From Candidatus Krumholzibacteriota bacterium (lineage in GTDB: Bacteria > Krumholzibacteriota > Krumholzibacteriia > Krumholzibacteriales > Krumholzibacteriaceae): a stretch of 64,000 bases of DNA. Under the pieces are notes generated by a model that saw only the letters and a program-made list of their open reading frames with translations, was not told the origin of the DNA and searched no databases. The number at the start of each line of letters is the position of its first letter. The stretch's first letter is position 1. Both the position numbers and the translations under genes were made by a program. The stretch lies in assembly GCA_030667985.1 (NCBI GenBank), contig DAOUUU010000002.1, positions 9,653-73,652 of the forward strand, given 5' to 3'. Positions 19,235 through 28,513 of the stretch are shown one piece after another.

Positions 19235-20347
19235 ATGAGCAAAGGCAAGAGAAAGAGATCGAAGCGGCTCGGCTGGATCATAGTTGCCGTAGCCGTCATC
19301 GCGGCGGCCGTTATCGTCTGGAGGGTCAAGGGCGGAAACGGCAGCGCGAATGATATGGGGCCGACCGTCGAGGTCGAACGGGGCGATGTTGTCGAGAAGG
19401 CGCTCGCCGTCGGATCGATCGTGCCGAGAAACGAGGTCGGCGTCAAATCGAAAGTCTCCGGTGTTGTAAAGACCATCTTCAAGGAACCGGGAGAACGTGT
19501 GCGGGCGGGAGAGTCGCTCCTCGAGATCCGGCCCGATCCGACGCCCCTCGAGCTGGCTCAGGCCAAGCGCGAGGTCGAGATGAACGATATAAACCTCAAG
19601 GACTCCGAGCGGAGGCTCGAGCGGAGCCGAGGACTCCTGGAGAAGAACCTGATATCGGACACCGAGTTCGAGGCGGTGGAGAAGGAATACGAACAGATAG
19701 CGCTAACATTCAAGATGAGCACGGAGCGCCTCGCTCTGATAGAAACGGGGCGCGTCGATATAGCCGGAAGCAGGATAGAGGGAGTCATCAAGTCCCCGAT
19801 CAACGGGTATATACTGGAAAAGAACATCAACATAGGCGATCCGGTGGTCCCGCTGACCTCATACCAGGCGGGGACTGTACTCATGACGATCGCCGACATG
19901 GACAGCCTCGTCTTCAAGGGCACGATCGACGAGATCGATGTTGGAAAGCTTTTTGTGGGGATGGCGGCGGAGATCAAGGTCGGCGCGTTGCCGGATGCGA
20001 GCCTGCCCGGTACGCTCGAGAGGATCTCGCTCAAGGCCAGAGAGGAGAACAACACGAGGATGTTCCCCGTCGAGATCTCGTTGGACGATCCAACGGTCGC
20101 TCTGCTCAGGGCGGGCTACTCGGCCAACGCCGATATCATAATAAACGAAGCAAAAGAGGTGCTCACGATACCTGAGCGGGTCGTCTTCTTCGAGGGCGAT
20201 TCGATTTACGTCAAGGTTCAGGTCGCCGGCGGTGGAGAAGAGATCGTGATAATCGAGACCGGTCTCTCCGACGCGATTCGAGTCGAGGTGAAGTCGGGCC
20301 TCGAGGAGGGTCAGAAGATCCTCGAGAAACCTCAGAAGAAACTATGA
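19235..20347 (+). CDS. efflux transporter periplasmic adaptor subunit (HlyD/MacA-like membrane fusion protein)
   Basis: N-terminal TM anchor, a coiled-coil hairpin region (EVEMNDINLKDSERRLERSRGLLEKNLISDTEFEAVEKEYEQ), and lipoyl/beta-barrel motifs. Lies directly upstream of two FtsX permeases. Confidence 0.75.
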   Translation: MSKGKRKRSKRLGWIIVAVAVIAAAVIVWRVKGGNGSANDMGPTVEVERGDVVEKALAVGSIVPRNEVGVKSKVSGVVKTIFKEPGERVRAGESLLEIRPDPTPLELAQAKREVEMNDINLKDSERRLERSRGLLEKNLISDTEFEAVEKEYEQIALTFKMSTERLALIETGRVDIAGSRIEGVIKSPINGYILEKNINIGDPVVPLTSYQAGTVLMTIADMDSLVFKGTIDEIDVGKLFVGMAAEIKVGALPDASLPGTLERISLKAREENNTRMFPVEISLDDPTVALLRAGYSANADIIINEAKEVLTIPERVVFFEGDSIYVKVQVAGGGEEIVIIETGLSDAIRVEVKSGLEEGQKILEKPQKKL

Positions 20348-20366
20348 TTCAGGATCGGTTGACGCG

Positions 20367-21632
20367 ATGAAACATCTCTGGGTCGAAGCGGCGCATATTA
20401 TCTCACTCTTCAAGGAATTCCTGCGCGATATGAGGGCGCAGAAGAAGAGGACGGCGCTCACGATCTTCGGCATCGTGTGGGGGACGGCGGCTGTAGTCAC
20501 GCTGATGGCGGTCGGCGTCAGCACAAAACGCCAGAACATCACGAATTTCCGGGGGTTGGGCGACGGCATCATACTCGTCTTTAGCGGCACCACGACTAAA
20601 CCCTACGAGGGCTTCGGTGTGGACCGCCGCATCAGGCTACAGAAATCGGACGTCGAGCTCCTCGAGCGCGAGATCCCCGAGATCGCGATGATCAGCGGGG
20701 AGTACCAACGCTGGGATGCTTTCCTCAGGAACGGCAAGCAGGTACGCAGCCCCGTCGTGACAGGAGCTCCTCCAGTATACGGCGATATGAGAAACGTCAT
20801 ACCGCGTGTCGGGGGAAGGTTTTTCAATGAGGAAGACATGGAGATGCGCCGCCGCGTCATCTTCCTCGGGAACGAGCTTAACGAATTCCTCTTCGGCGAG
20901 GAGGATCCTATCGGGAAGGCGCTTCTGTTGAACGGGATACCCTTCACCGTGATCGGTGTCCTCGAGGACAAGGTTCAGAACTCGAGTTACGGCACGCGCG
21001 ACGAGGACCGTGCCTTCATACCGGCCACGACCTTCGAGGCGATGTTCGGGCACAGGTACGTAAACAATATCATCGTCACCCCGCGGAGCGACATTCAGAA
21101 CACGCGTTATGTCGTCGATCGCATATACCAGGTGCTCGGCAAGAAGTACATCTTCGATCCGACCGACGAGGACGCTCTTCAGGTCTGGGACACGGCGGAG
21201 TTTTTCAGCGAGTTCATGCTCTTCTTCGACGCGTTCAACGTCTTTCTCGTCATGATGGGAGTGATGACGCTCTGCGTCGGCGGCCTCGGCGTCTCGAACA
21301 TCATGTATGTCGTGGTGCGCGAGCGAACCAGGGAAATCGGCATCAAGCGGGCGGTCGGGGCGAATAAAAGGGTCATCATCGCGCAGTTCTTCGCGGAGAC
21401 TTTTTTCATCACATTCATCGGGGCGGTGGTCGGATTTCTCATAGCTTGGGGCATCACGAAGGCCGGTGCGCTGATGCCGCAGGAGGCCAGGGAGGGACTC
21501 GGCACGCCGGTGATAGACCCGCTCGTCGCGCTCGTCTCGATAGCGATCATTGCGGGAATAGCGTTTTTGGCCGGCTTCTTCCCGGCGAGAAAAGCATCGA
21601 AGCTCGATCCGATAGAGTGCCTGCGATACTAG
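20367..21632 (+). CDS. ABC transporter permease, FtsX/MacB-LolCE-type (MacB_PCD plus FtsX)
   Basis: 421 aa. N-terminal TM followed by a large periplasmic domain and a 3-TM FtsX C-terminus (IKRAVGANKRVIIAQFFAETFFITFIGAVVGF). No ATPase domain. Confidence 0.8.
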   Translation: MKHLWVEAAHIISLFKEFLRDMRAQKKRTALTIFGIVWGTAAVVTLMAVGVSTKRQNITNFRGLGDGIILVFSGTTTKPYEGFGVDRRIRLQKSDVELLEREIPEIAMISGEYQRWDAFLRNGKQVRSPVVTGAPPVYGDMRNVIPRVGGRFFNEEDMEMRRRVIFLGNELNEFLFGEEDPIGKALLLNGIPFTVIGVLEDKVQNSSYGTRDEDRAFIPATTFEAMFGHRYVNNIIVTPRSDIQNTRYVVDRIYQVLGKKYIFDPTDEDALQVWDTAEFFSEFMLFFDAFNVFLVMMGVMTLCVGGLGVSNIMYVVVRERTREIGIKRAVGANKRVIIAQFFAETFFITFIGAVVGFLIAWGITKAGALMPQEAREGLGTPVIDPLVALVSIAIIAGIAFLAGFFPARKASKLDPIECLRY

Positions 21633-21641
21633 GACAAAATC

Positions 21642-22883
21642 ATGTTCAAGACGCTAGTACAGGAATTTATATTCGATCTCAAGAATCAGAAGACGCGCGT
21701 CTTTCTGACAGTAGCCGCGATCGTCTGGGGAACGATGTCGGTGGTGCTGCTCCTCGCGTTCGGCTTCGGCCTCGAGAAGCGCCTGACCGACGGGCAGCTG
21801 AACTGGGCCGACGCGACGGTCAGCGTCTGGCACGGCGAGACCTCGGAGGTCTTCCAGGGCTTGCCGCGCGGACGCACGATACGTTTCACCGCGGACGATG
21901 TAAAGATGATCCGCGAGAACATACCGCTCGTCGAGAAGATAAGCCCCAGCTACGGCAGGAATATGCGGCTCAGGAACGGCGACGTGAGAACGACGACTCA
22001 TGGCGAGGGTGTCGCGCCCGACTTCATGTGGATGCGCAGGATGTTTCCGCAGGCGGGCGGGCGGTTCTTGAATGATGCCGATATAATTGAGCAGCGCCGC
22101 GTCGTTTTCCTCGGAGACAAGATCGCCGCCACACTCTTCGGCGAGGAGGACCCTGTCGGCAAGACGATAGAGATAGACGATATACCGTTCATCGTCATAG
22201 GTGTCATGGTAACCAAGATGCAGACCTCGATGAGCAACGGTCCCGACGAGGAACGGGCGATCATTCCGCATACGACCTTCGCCACAGTCTACAATCAGAG
22301 AAATCTCTACAATTTTCTGGTACGGCCCTCCGATCGCGCGAAATCGAAGGAGCTGATCGCCGATATCAAACGGCTGCTAGGGCGAAAGTACCGTTTCGAT
22401 CCGGAGGACGAATACGCGATACGCGTCTACGACACGATCGAGTGGGAAGAGATCGGCAAGAAGATCTGGCTCGGCCTTAACATATTCTTCGGCCTCGTCG
22501 GTTCGATGACCCTGATCGTGGCCGGCGTCGGCGTCGCCAATATCATGTATGTCGTCGTCAGGGAGCGTACGCGAGAGCTCGGCATAAAGAGGGCGGTCGG
22601 GGCGAAACGGTGGCACATCATGATACAGTTCGTAGGGGAGAGCTTCCTGCTCACAGGCGGCGGCGGCCTGCTCGGCATCGCGATCTCGCTCGGCATCGTA
22701 GGCCTGGTGGGCCTCGTGCCGGTAGACTCTGGGCCGATGAAATATATGGGTCATCCGATCTTCTCGTGGCCGATAGCGATAGCAGTCGTCTGCATACTGA
22801 CTCTGATCGCGCTGCTGGCCGGGATCTTTCCCGCGAAGCAGGCGGCCGACGTGGATCCGGTCATGGCGCTGCACTACGAGTGA
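21642..22883 (+). CDS. ABC transporter permease, FtsX/MacB-LolCE-type (paralogue of the previous gene)
   Basis: 413 aa with the same architecture. IKRAVGAKRWHIMIQFVGESFLLTGGGGLLGIAISLGIVGL is paralogous to the preceding gene (IMYVVVRERTRE.GIKRAVGA shared). Confidence 0.8.
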   Translation: MFKTLVQEFIFDLKNQKTRVFLTVAAIVWGTMSVVLLLAFGFGLEKRLTDGQLNWADATVSVWHGETSEVFQGLPRGRTIRFTADDVKMIRENIPLVEKISPSYGRNMRLRNGDVRTTTHGEGVAPDFMWMRRMFPQAGGRFLNDADIIEQRRVVFLGDKIAATLFGEEDPVGKTIEIDDIPFIVIGVMVTKMQTSMSNGPDEERAIIPHTTFATVYNQRNLYNFLVRPSDRAKSKELIADIKRLLGRKYRFDPEDEYAIRVYDTIEWEEIGKKIWLGLNIFFGLVGSMTLIVAGVGVANIMYVVVRERTRELGIKRAVGAKRWHIMIQFVGESFLLTGGGGLLGIAISLGIVGLVGLVPVDSGPMKYMGHPIFSWPIAIAVVCILTLIALLAGIFPAKQAADVDPVMALHYE

Positions 22884-22891
22884 TGCACGGA

Positions 22892-23872
22892 TCACTGGCC
22901 TTGCTTTGTGCCGCGCTGAGTTCTCTGGTTGCCTTTAAGTATGTCCAGGAGCTGCTTGATCTTCCCATCGTCCAGAGCGGCATGCAGCTTGTTCAATAAT
23001 TCTGAGAGAGTGCGCTCGTCCCTTATACGGGCGGCGAGGCGGTAACTTCCACCCTCGAGATGCTCGGGAGAGTGTATCGCGGCGCCGGGAGGAAGCCGCA
23101 TCTCCTTTACGATTTTTCCTATTCTCTCGAGGTCCCTGTCGAGCGAGGGGTATGCGGTTGCTGTGAGGGTCTCGAGCAGCCCCACGCCCCGCACTTCGTA
23201 GTCTTTAGCAAATGATTCCCAGACATCGTCTCCCATATCCTTCAGGCGGAGCATGATCCTGACAGCCTCCCGCTGCTCCTTGCGATTCAGGCCGCTCCCG
23301 GCTAGGATACGCGCGGCTTCGATATCGTTTGGGCCGAGGGAGAGCAGGTCTCCGGTCGAGAGTTTACTGTCGTGGAGGGAATCGAGTATGTCTTCGGGTA
23401 ATTCGAGCAGCCTGCCCGTCGCTTCGAGATAATCTTTGGATAGGGTCTTGCCCGCGGCCTTTTCGAGCCGGCCGAGCGATACCTTAAAGTTTTCTTCGAG
23501 GAACTCGCGGCACTTGACCGTCAGCGTGATCTTCTCGAGATCTGTGAGCGCCGCTCCGTGCCGCACGTCCTCGAGCCAGAGAGATGCGATCTCGTCCCTG
23601 GTCGCGGTCTCCTCCGTGATGATAAAGGCATCGATCTTTTCGAGCCCCGCTTGTCGGGCCGCCGCGATCCTGCGGTGACCGAGTACGACTACTGGAGCTT
23701 TGCCGTAGAGGATCGGTGGATCGATCATGCCATACTGTCGGACAGAGGCTATAAGCTCCGTATCGGAGGCGGATTCTCCGTCATCGCCTGGAAGTCGCCA
23801 CCGAAACCTCAGCGCCGCGTCCCTGCCCAAAGGGAGCTTCGAGGGATCTACAGGTATAAGGATTCTTTTCAT
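22892..23872 (-). CDS. ParB/Srx-fold (ParB N-terminal domain) protein, orphan
   Basis: ParB-box-like arginine patch VVLGHRRIAAARQAGLEKIDAFI (compare GERRWRAA). C-terminal region is helical. No parA adjacent. A 280-bp AT-rich region lies upstream. Confidence 0.6.
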   Translation of the reverse strand: MKRILIPVDPSKLPLGRDAALRFRWRLPGDDGESASDTELIASVRQYGMIDPPILYGKAPVVVLGHRRIAAARQAGLEKIDAFIITEETATRDEIASLWLEDVRHGAALTDLEKITLTVKCREFLEENFKVSLGRLEKAAGKTLSKDYLEATGRLLELPEDILDSLHDSKLSTGDLLSLGPNDIEAARILAGSGLNRKEQREAVRIMLRLKDMGDDVWESFAKDYEVRGVGLLETLTATAYPSLDRDLERIGKIVKEMRLPPGAAIHSPEHLEGGSYRLAARIRDERTLSELLNKLHAALDDGKIKQLLDILKGNQRTQRGTKQGQ

Positions 23873-24157
23873 ATATTATTAATAAAGATTCTTGATGGTT
23901 TCCCAACTCGAATTCTTATTTATATACAGCCCACCCCTTCTTCTTCTCATATTTGAGCCTCATTTTCAAGGCGACGAATGCCGTAAGTCCAATAAAATAA
24001 GTTCCAGCGCTGAGACTAATATTATGTTAACTAAATTCCTTTGGGTTATTCCTAGGTCATTTCGGGGGCTCGGGTGATGCGGGGGGCACAAGCTCGCGAT
24101 CGCGCACTCGGAACACTTCGGAGCGGGCGCCGTGCAGCAGGACCGAAGAAGGCATGA

Positions 24158-24892
24158 TCAATCGAAGAACCTGTATCGAATCAGAGTAACGATTGCTTCG
24201 ATGCCGTCAGTCCAACCTATCTTCTTCCCCTCGCTCTTGATCCTCGGTTCGTAGTTGCTGATCTCCACCTCTCGTATCTCGTGCCCGGACTTGAGGGCCT
24301 TGGCGGTGACCTCGGGACAGAACTCGAAACGGGTGCATTTTAAGCGTATCGATTTCAAAAGGTCGCTCCTGAAGGCCTTGTAGCATGTCGCCTCGTCGTT
24401 CAGCGCCTGGCCAAAGAGGATGCGGACCGCCCAGACGAGCAATCTGTTGGCGATCCTGTTCGGGAGCGGCATTCCCTTAGGCATGCCGTGCATGAACCGG
24501 CTTCCGTAGGCGATTTCGCTCTCTCCCGCGAGTATGGGCTGTACGACACGCGGGATCTCGTTGGGATCGTACTCGAGGTCGGCGTCCTGAATGATTATCA
24601 CATCGCCGGTCGCGTACCGTATGCCGGTCCTTATCGCCGCCCCTTTACCCATGTTATGGTCGTGCTGCAGGTATATGATCCCCGTCTCCTGCTTCAGGAG
24701 CTCTCTCGTGCCGTCCGTCGAACCGTCGTCGACGATGATGATCTCCTTTTCGAATGGAGCCCCCCGCAGGCGTCCGAGGAGCTCGGCGATCGTCGCGGTT
24801 TCGTTGTATACGGGAACGATGACCGAGATGAGGGCGGGATGATCGGTTGGCTCGCTGTCTCGTGACATGGCGTACACTCTCGGTTGGGGCAC
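24158..24892 (-). CDS. GT2 family glycosyltransferase, polyprenol-phosphate sugar synthase (DPM1/ArnC/GtrB-like)
   Basis: Motifs SVIVPVYNE, IIVDDGSTDGT, and DxD (IIIQDADLEYDP). Confidence 0.8.
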   Translation of the reverse strand: MPQPRVYAMSRDSEPTDHPALISVIVPVYNETATIAELLGRLRGAPFEKEIIIVDDGSTDGTRELLKQETGIIYLQHDHNMGKGAAIRTGIRYATGDVIIIQDADLEYDPNEIPRVVQPILAGESEIAYGSRFMHGMPKGMPLPNRIANRLLVWAVRILFGQALNDEATCYKAFRSDLLKSIRLKCTRFEFCPEVTAKALKSGHEIREVEISNYEPRIKSEGKKIGWTDGIEAIVTLIRYRFFD

Positions 24893-25093
24893 GGGACCGT
24901 CAAGGACCCTGTAAGTGTTTTTATAAACTATGAGTAAAGCAAGAGGGATAGTATAACGGAACGGGCCCCTAAAACAACGATTTTTCTATTTTCCTCAATG
25001 GGGTGAAAGTGCGGAACTCATATGGGGATAAGGTGTTTACAGTGGATAGAGAGTCGGTTGATTTTTCATGCGTTTACCGTTATATTGAGACCT

Positions 25094-25594
25094 ATGAAAC
25101 TGTTACGGATAGCTATTCTCCAGGCGATGATCGTACTGGGGGCGGGAGTCATCGTTGCTTTCGCGCATAACGCCATTTCGGTGAATGGTATAAATCCGTT
25201 CAGAAAGGTCGTAGATGTCCCGGTCGTCGAGGAAGATGCCGGGTCCTCGAGCAAGGGTATCCGCATAGTGAATCTCGAGGCTATGCTCAAGGCGACTGGC
25301 CGCGGCGCCAATATTATCGATGCGAGAACGAGGGCTGAGTATGAGATCGGACATATCCCCGGAGCTATCCTTCTCGATTACTACGATATGGGCCATTACC
25401 TCGACCGGGTCCTCCCGAGGCTCGACCCAGAAAAAGAGACGATCCTTTACTGTTACGGCCCCGATTGCGACGACGCGGAGTTGCTCGCGCGCGAGTTCTA
25501 CGCGCTTGGATTCACCAATCTGCTCGTCTACCGGGGCGGTTTCGATGAGTGGGATGGTTCCGGTCGAATGATCGAGGAAGGAACCGGCAAGTGA
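25094..25594 (+). CDS. rhodanese-like domain protein with N-terminal membrane anchor
   Basis: Rhodanese motifs IDARTRAEYEIGHIPGAI and ILYCYGPDCDD (active-site Cys loop). The ORF track starts earlier at 25022; ATG 25094 precedes the TM helix. Confidence 0.6.
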   Translation: MKLLRIAILQAMIVLGAGVIVAFAHNAISVNGINPFRKVVDVPVVEEDAGSSSKGIRIVNLEAMLKATGRGANIIDARTRAEYEIGHIPGAILLDYYDMGHYLDRVLPRLDPEKETILYCYGPDCDDAELLAREFYALGFTNLLVYRGGFDEWDGSGRMIEEGTGK

Positions 25595-25614
25595 ATAACC
25601 GTGACGAGAAGGGC

Positions 25615-26127
25615 ATGGCGCCGGAACAGGGCGGAACTCCCTCCGGCGAAAGCGCCGCGCACTGGATATTCAACGGCAATGTCATCGCCGTGCTGCGGCT
25701 CGTGCTCGCTGCCGTATTCATCTATGCCTCATTCCAGAAGATCGGCAAACCATTGGCATTCGCCGACGAGATCAGGATGTACCGGATTCTCGACATCGGC
25801 CCGTTCCTCTATATCATGGCCATAGTGCTTCCCTGGGCGGAGCTCCTCTGCGGAATATCGCTGCTGACGGGGATTTTCATGAGAGGGTCGGCCCTCTTTC
25901 TTCTCGCTATCAATGCGGTTTTTCTTGTTGCCGTAACTGCCCGGACGATTGGTATAATGGGCGAGGAAGGTATAGAGTTCTTAAAAGTGTATTTCGACTG
26001 CGGATGCGGCTTCGGGGAGACCCACGCCTGGAAGAAGCTGCTGGAGGATCTGGCCTTCATGATCTTCTCGGCGGTGATCCTCTTCGCCCCGCGGTATAGG
26101 TACGTTGTCAACCTGTCAAGGAGGTAG
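25615..26127 (+). CDS. DoxX/MauE-like small membrane protein
   Basis: 4-TM 170-aa protein (VLRLVLAAVFIYASFQKIGKPLAFADEIRMYRIL...) of the type commonly paired with rhodanese or thiosulfate oxidation proteins. Start is uncertain (ATG 25615 or GTG 25591). Confidence 0.5.
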   Translation: MAPEQGGTPSGESAAHWIFNGNVIAVLRLVLAAVFIYASFQKIGKPLAFADEIRMYRILDIGPFLYIMAIVLPWAELLCGISLLTGIFMRGSALFLLAINAVFLVAVTARTIGIMGEEGIEFLKVYFDCGCGFGETHAWKKLLEDLAFMIFSAVILFAPRYRYVVNLSRR

Positions 26128-26129
26128 TT

Positions 26130-26612
26130 GTGAAAAGGAGTATCGTACCCGTTGCTGTTCTGCTGCTCGTCTCATCCTTTCTCTGTGTTTCCGGGGCGAG
26201 AGGTGCGATTGCCTATGTGGATAAGGGAGATATCGAAGTTGGGCTCATACTCGGCGAACCTACCGGTTTCAGCGGGAAGGTATGGACGACCGCGAGTACA
26301 GCCTTCGATATCGGTCTCGCCTGGTCGTTCGGAGACGGGGGCCACTTTCATGTCCACGCTGACTATCTCTTCCATAACTTCGATTTCCTCGAAGTGGATT
26401 CGGGCAATCTGCCGATCTATTTCGGTATCGGAGGCAGGGTAGTGATCAAAGACGATGATTCCAGGATAGGGCTCCGTGTATCCATAGGGCTTGAGTACAT
26501 ACTCGAGAACCATCCCTTCAGCTTTTTCTTCGAGGTCGCGCCTGTAGTCGATTTCGCGCCCGAGACCGAAGCTGATGTAAACGGCGGCATCGGCGTAAGA
26601 TTTATTTTTTAA
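26130..26612 (+). CDS. small outer-membrane beta-barrel protein (OmpW/OmpX-like size)
   Basis: Signal peptide, alternating hydrophobic beta-strand pattern, C-terminal ...GGIGVRFIF ending in Phe. GTG start with an AAGGAGG RBS. Confidence 0.45.
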   Translation: MKRSIVPVAVLLLVSSFLCVSGARGAIAYVDKGDIEVGLILGEPTGFSGKVWTTASTAFDIGLAWSFGDGGHFHVHADYLFHNFDFLEVDSGNLPIYFGIGGRVVIKDDDSRIGLRVSIGLEYILENHPFSFFFEVAPVVDFAPETEADVNGGIGVRFIF

Positions 26613-26829
26613 TGCCCTGCCGTGACCCGGAGGAGATGAAACGGGTCCTGGTGTGATCTGTGTTCGGCAATCGAGCTGTATTCCGGTGGGATGCAGATAG
26701 AATCGGTTTGCCCCTGCAGCGGCAATTTCTTAATTTTCCAAGCATTCAGATGCCCGGTCCATCGATTCGGGAATGATGGATAGTGGCCTAGGCAGTTTCG
26801 AAACGTTTTATTTTCAAGGAGCCTATAAG

Positions 26830-28509
26830 ATGAAGAGCCCCACGAGGAAACTCCCTCCCCCGAACATGACGGATTACGAGAAAGCTAGGAAAGAATTCAA
26901 GATCGATGTACCTGAATATTTCAACTTCGGGTTCGATGTCGTCGACCGGTGGGCGGAGGACAGGACGAAGCTCGCCCTCGAGATTGCGGGCGAGATGGGA
27001 GAGAGGCTCGACAAGTACACATTTTACGAGATAAAAATACTCTCGAACAGGTTCGCCAACGTGATGAGAGAGCGGGGGCTAAAGAAGGGCGACCGGGTGC
27101 TGGTCATGCTCCCATGGCTGCCGCAGTGGTATATCGCGATGATCGGCATGATCAAGCTTGGAGTGATTCCCATACCTTCGACGACTCTTCTCACGCCGCG
27201 TGATATCAGGTACCGCGTGAACGAGTCGGAAGCGGTCGGCATCATCACCGATATCCCCGACGCTCCCAAGGTCGAGGAGGCGATGGACAGGTGCCCGAGC
27301 CTTAAGATATGCATGCTGGCGAGCGGTCACCGCCGCGGCTGGCTTACATGGAAAGACGAGATCGAGAAGGCGTCACCCCGTTTCGAGCCGTCCGAGAAGA
27401 CGAGGAGCGACGACACGATGCTCCTCTATTTCACATCGGGCACAGTCGCGCATCCCAAGATGGTTCTCCACACCCAGGCCTCATATGCGCTCGGGCATCG
27501 GATCACATCGACCTTCTGGCAGGATCTGAAGCCGACCGATCTCCACTGGACCGTGACCGACACCGGCTGGGCCAAGGCGGCCTGGGGGAGCCTTTTCGGG
27601 CAGTGGACACTCGGGGCGGCGGTCTTCAACCACTACACGACAGCGAAGTTCGACGCCAAGCTCACGCTTCGGATAATCGAGAACTTCGGCATTACGACCT
27701 TCTGCTCTCCGCCTACAGCTTACCGAATGTTCGCGCAGCTCCTATTGGGCGACTACGATCTCTCGTCGCTTCGCCACTGTATGAGCGCCGGGGAGCCGCT
27801 CAACCCAGAGGTGATAAGAGTATGGGAGGATGCGACGGGCTTGAAGATATACGACGGGTACGGCCAGACTGAAACGGTCAGCCTCTGCGCCAACTACAGG
27901 TGCATGCCGGTCAAGATCGGATCGATGGGTTTGCCGGCGCCCGGCTTCGATGTGCGGGTCATCGATGACGATGGGAAGGAGACGAAGGCAGGTGACGAGG
28001 GTTATGTCGTTGTCAAGGTCAAGCCGGAGCGGCCGGTGGGGCTCTTCAAGGAATACTGGAAGAATCCGGAGGAGACGAAGAACGTCTACCACGGCGATTA
28101 CTACTATACGGGCGACAAGGCGTACAGGGACGAGGACGGGTATCTCTGGTTCGTCGGCCGGGCCGACGACGTGATCCTTTCGGCCGGCTACCGCATAGGT
28201 CCCTTCGAGGTGGAGAGCGCGCTCGTCGAGCATCCCGCTGTCGCCGAGGCTGCCGTCATCGCCGCGCCGGACGAGGTGCGTGGCGAGATAGTCAAGGCCT
28301 TCGTCATACTGGCCGAGGATTACAGCCCGAGCGACGAGCTGACCAAACAGCTTCAGGATCATGCCAAGAAAGTTACGGCTCCATACAAGTATCCCAGGGC
28401 GATTAGCTATGTAAAGGATCTTCCCAAGACGGTAAGCGGCAAGATCCGCCGCGGCGAGCTCAAGAAGACCGAGTGGGAAGCATATGAGAAAGAGAAGGAA
28501 GGCAGCTGA
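26830..28509 (+). CDS. AMP-binding acyl-CoA synthetase (medium-chain/acetyl-CoA synthetase-like)
   Basis: AMP-binding motifs LLYFTSGTVAHPKMVLHTQAS, YGQTET, YYTGDKAYRDEDGYLWFVGRADD, and PKTVSGKIRR. Confidence 0.8.
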   Translation: MKSPTRKLPPPNMTDYEKARKEFKIDVPEYFNFGFDVVDRWAEDRTKLALEIAGEMGERLDKYTFYEIKILSNRFANVMRERGLKKGDRVLVMLPWLPQWYIAMIGMIKLGVIPIPSTTLLTPRDIRYRVNESEAVGIITDIPDAPKVEEAMDRCPSLKICMLASGHRRGWLTWKDEIEKASPRFEPSEKTRSDDTMLLYFTSGTVAHPKMVLHTQASYALGHRITSTFWQDLKPTDLHWTVTDTGWAKAAWGSLFGQWTLGAAVFNHYTTAKFDAKLTLRIIENFGITTFCSPPTAYRMFAQLLLGDYDLSSLRHCMSAGEPLNPEVIRVWEDATGLKIYDGYGQTETVSLCANYRCMPVKIGSMGLPAPGFDVRVIDDDGKETKAGDEGYVVVKVKPERPVGLFKEYWKNPEETKNVYHGDYYYTGDKAYRDEDGYLWFVGRADDVILSAGYRIGPFEVESALVEHPAVAEAAVIAAPDEVRGEIVKAFVILAEDYSPSDELTKQLQDHAKKVTAPYKYPRAISYVKDLPKTVSGKIRRGELKKTEWEAYEKEKEGS

Positions 28510-28513
28510 TAAA

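Noticed and set aside
23892-24077. 61-aa ORF in the AT-rich island upstream of the ParB-like gene
   Set aside because: It lies in an AT-rich stretch where stop-free runs arise by chance, with no RBS and no sensible hydrophobicity pattern. It is more likely promoter or regulatory DNA.
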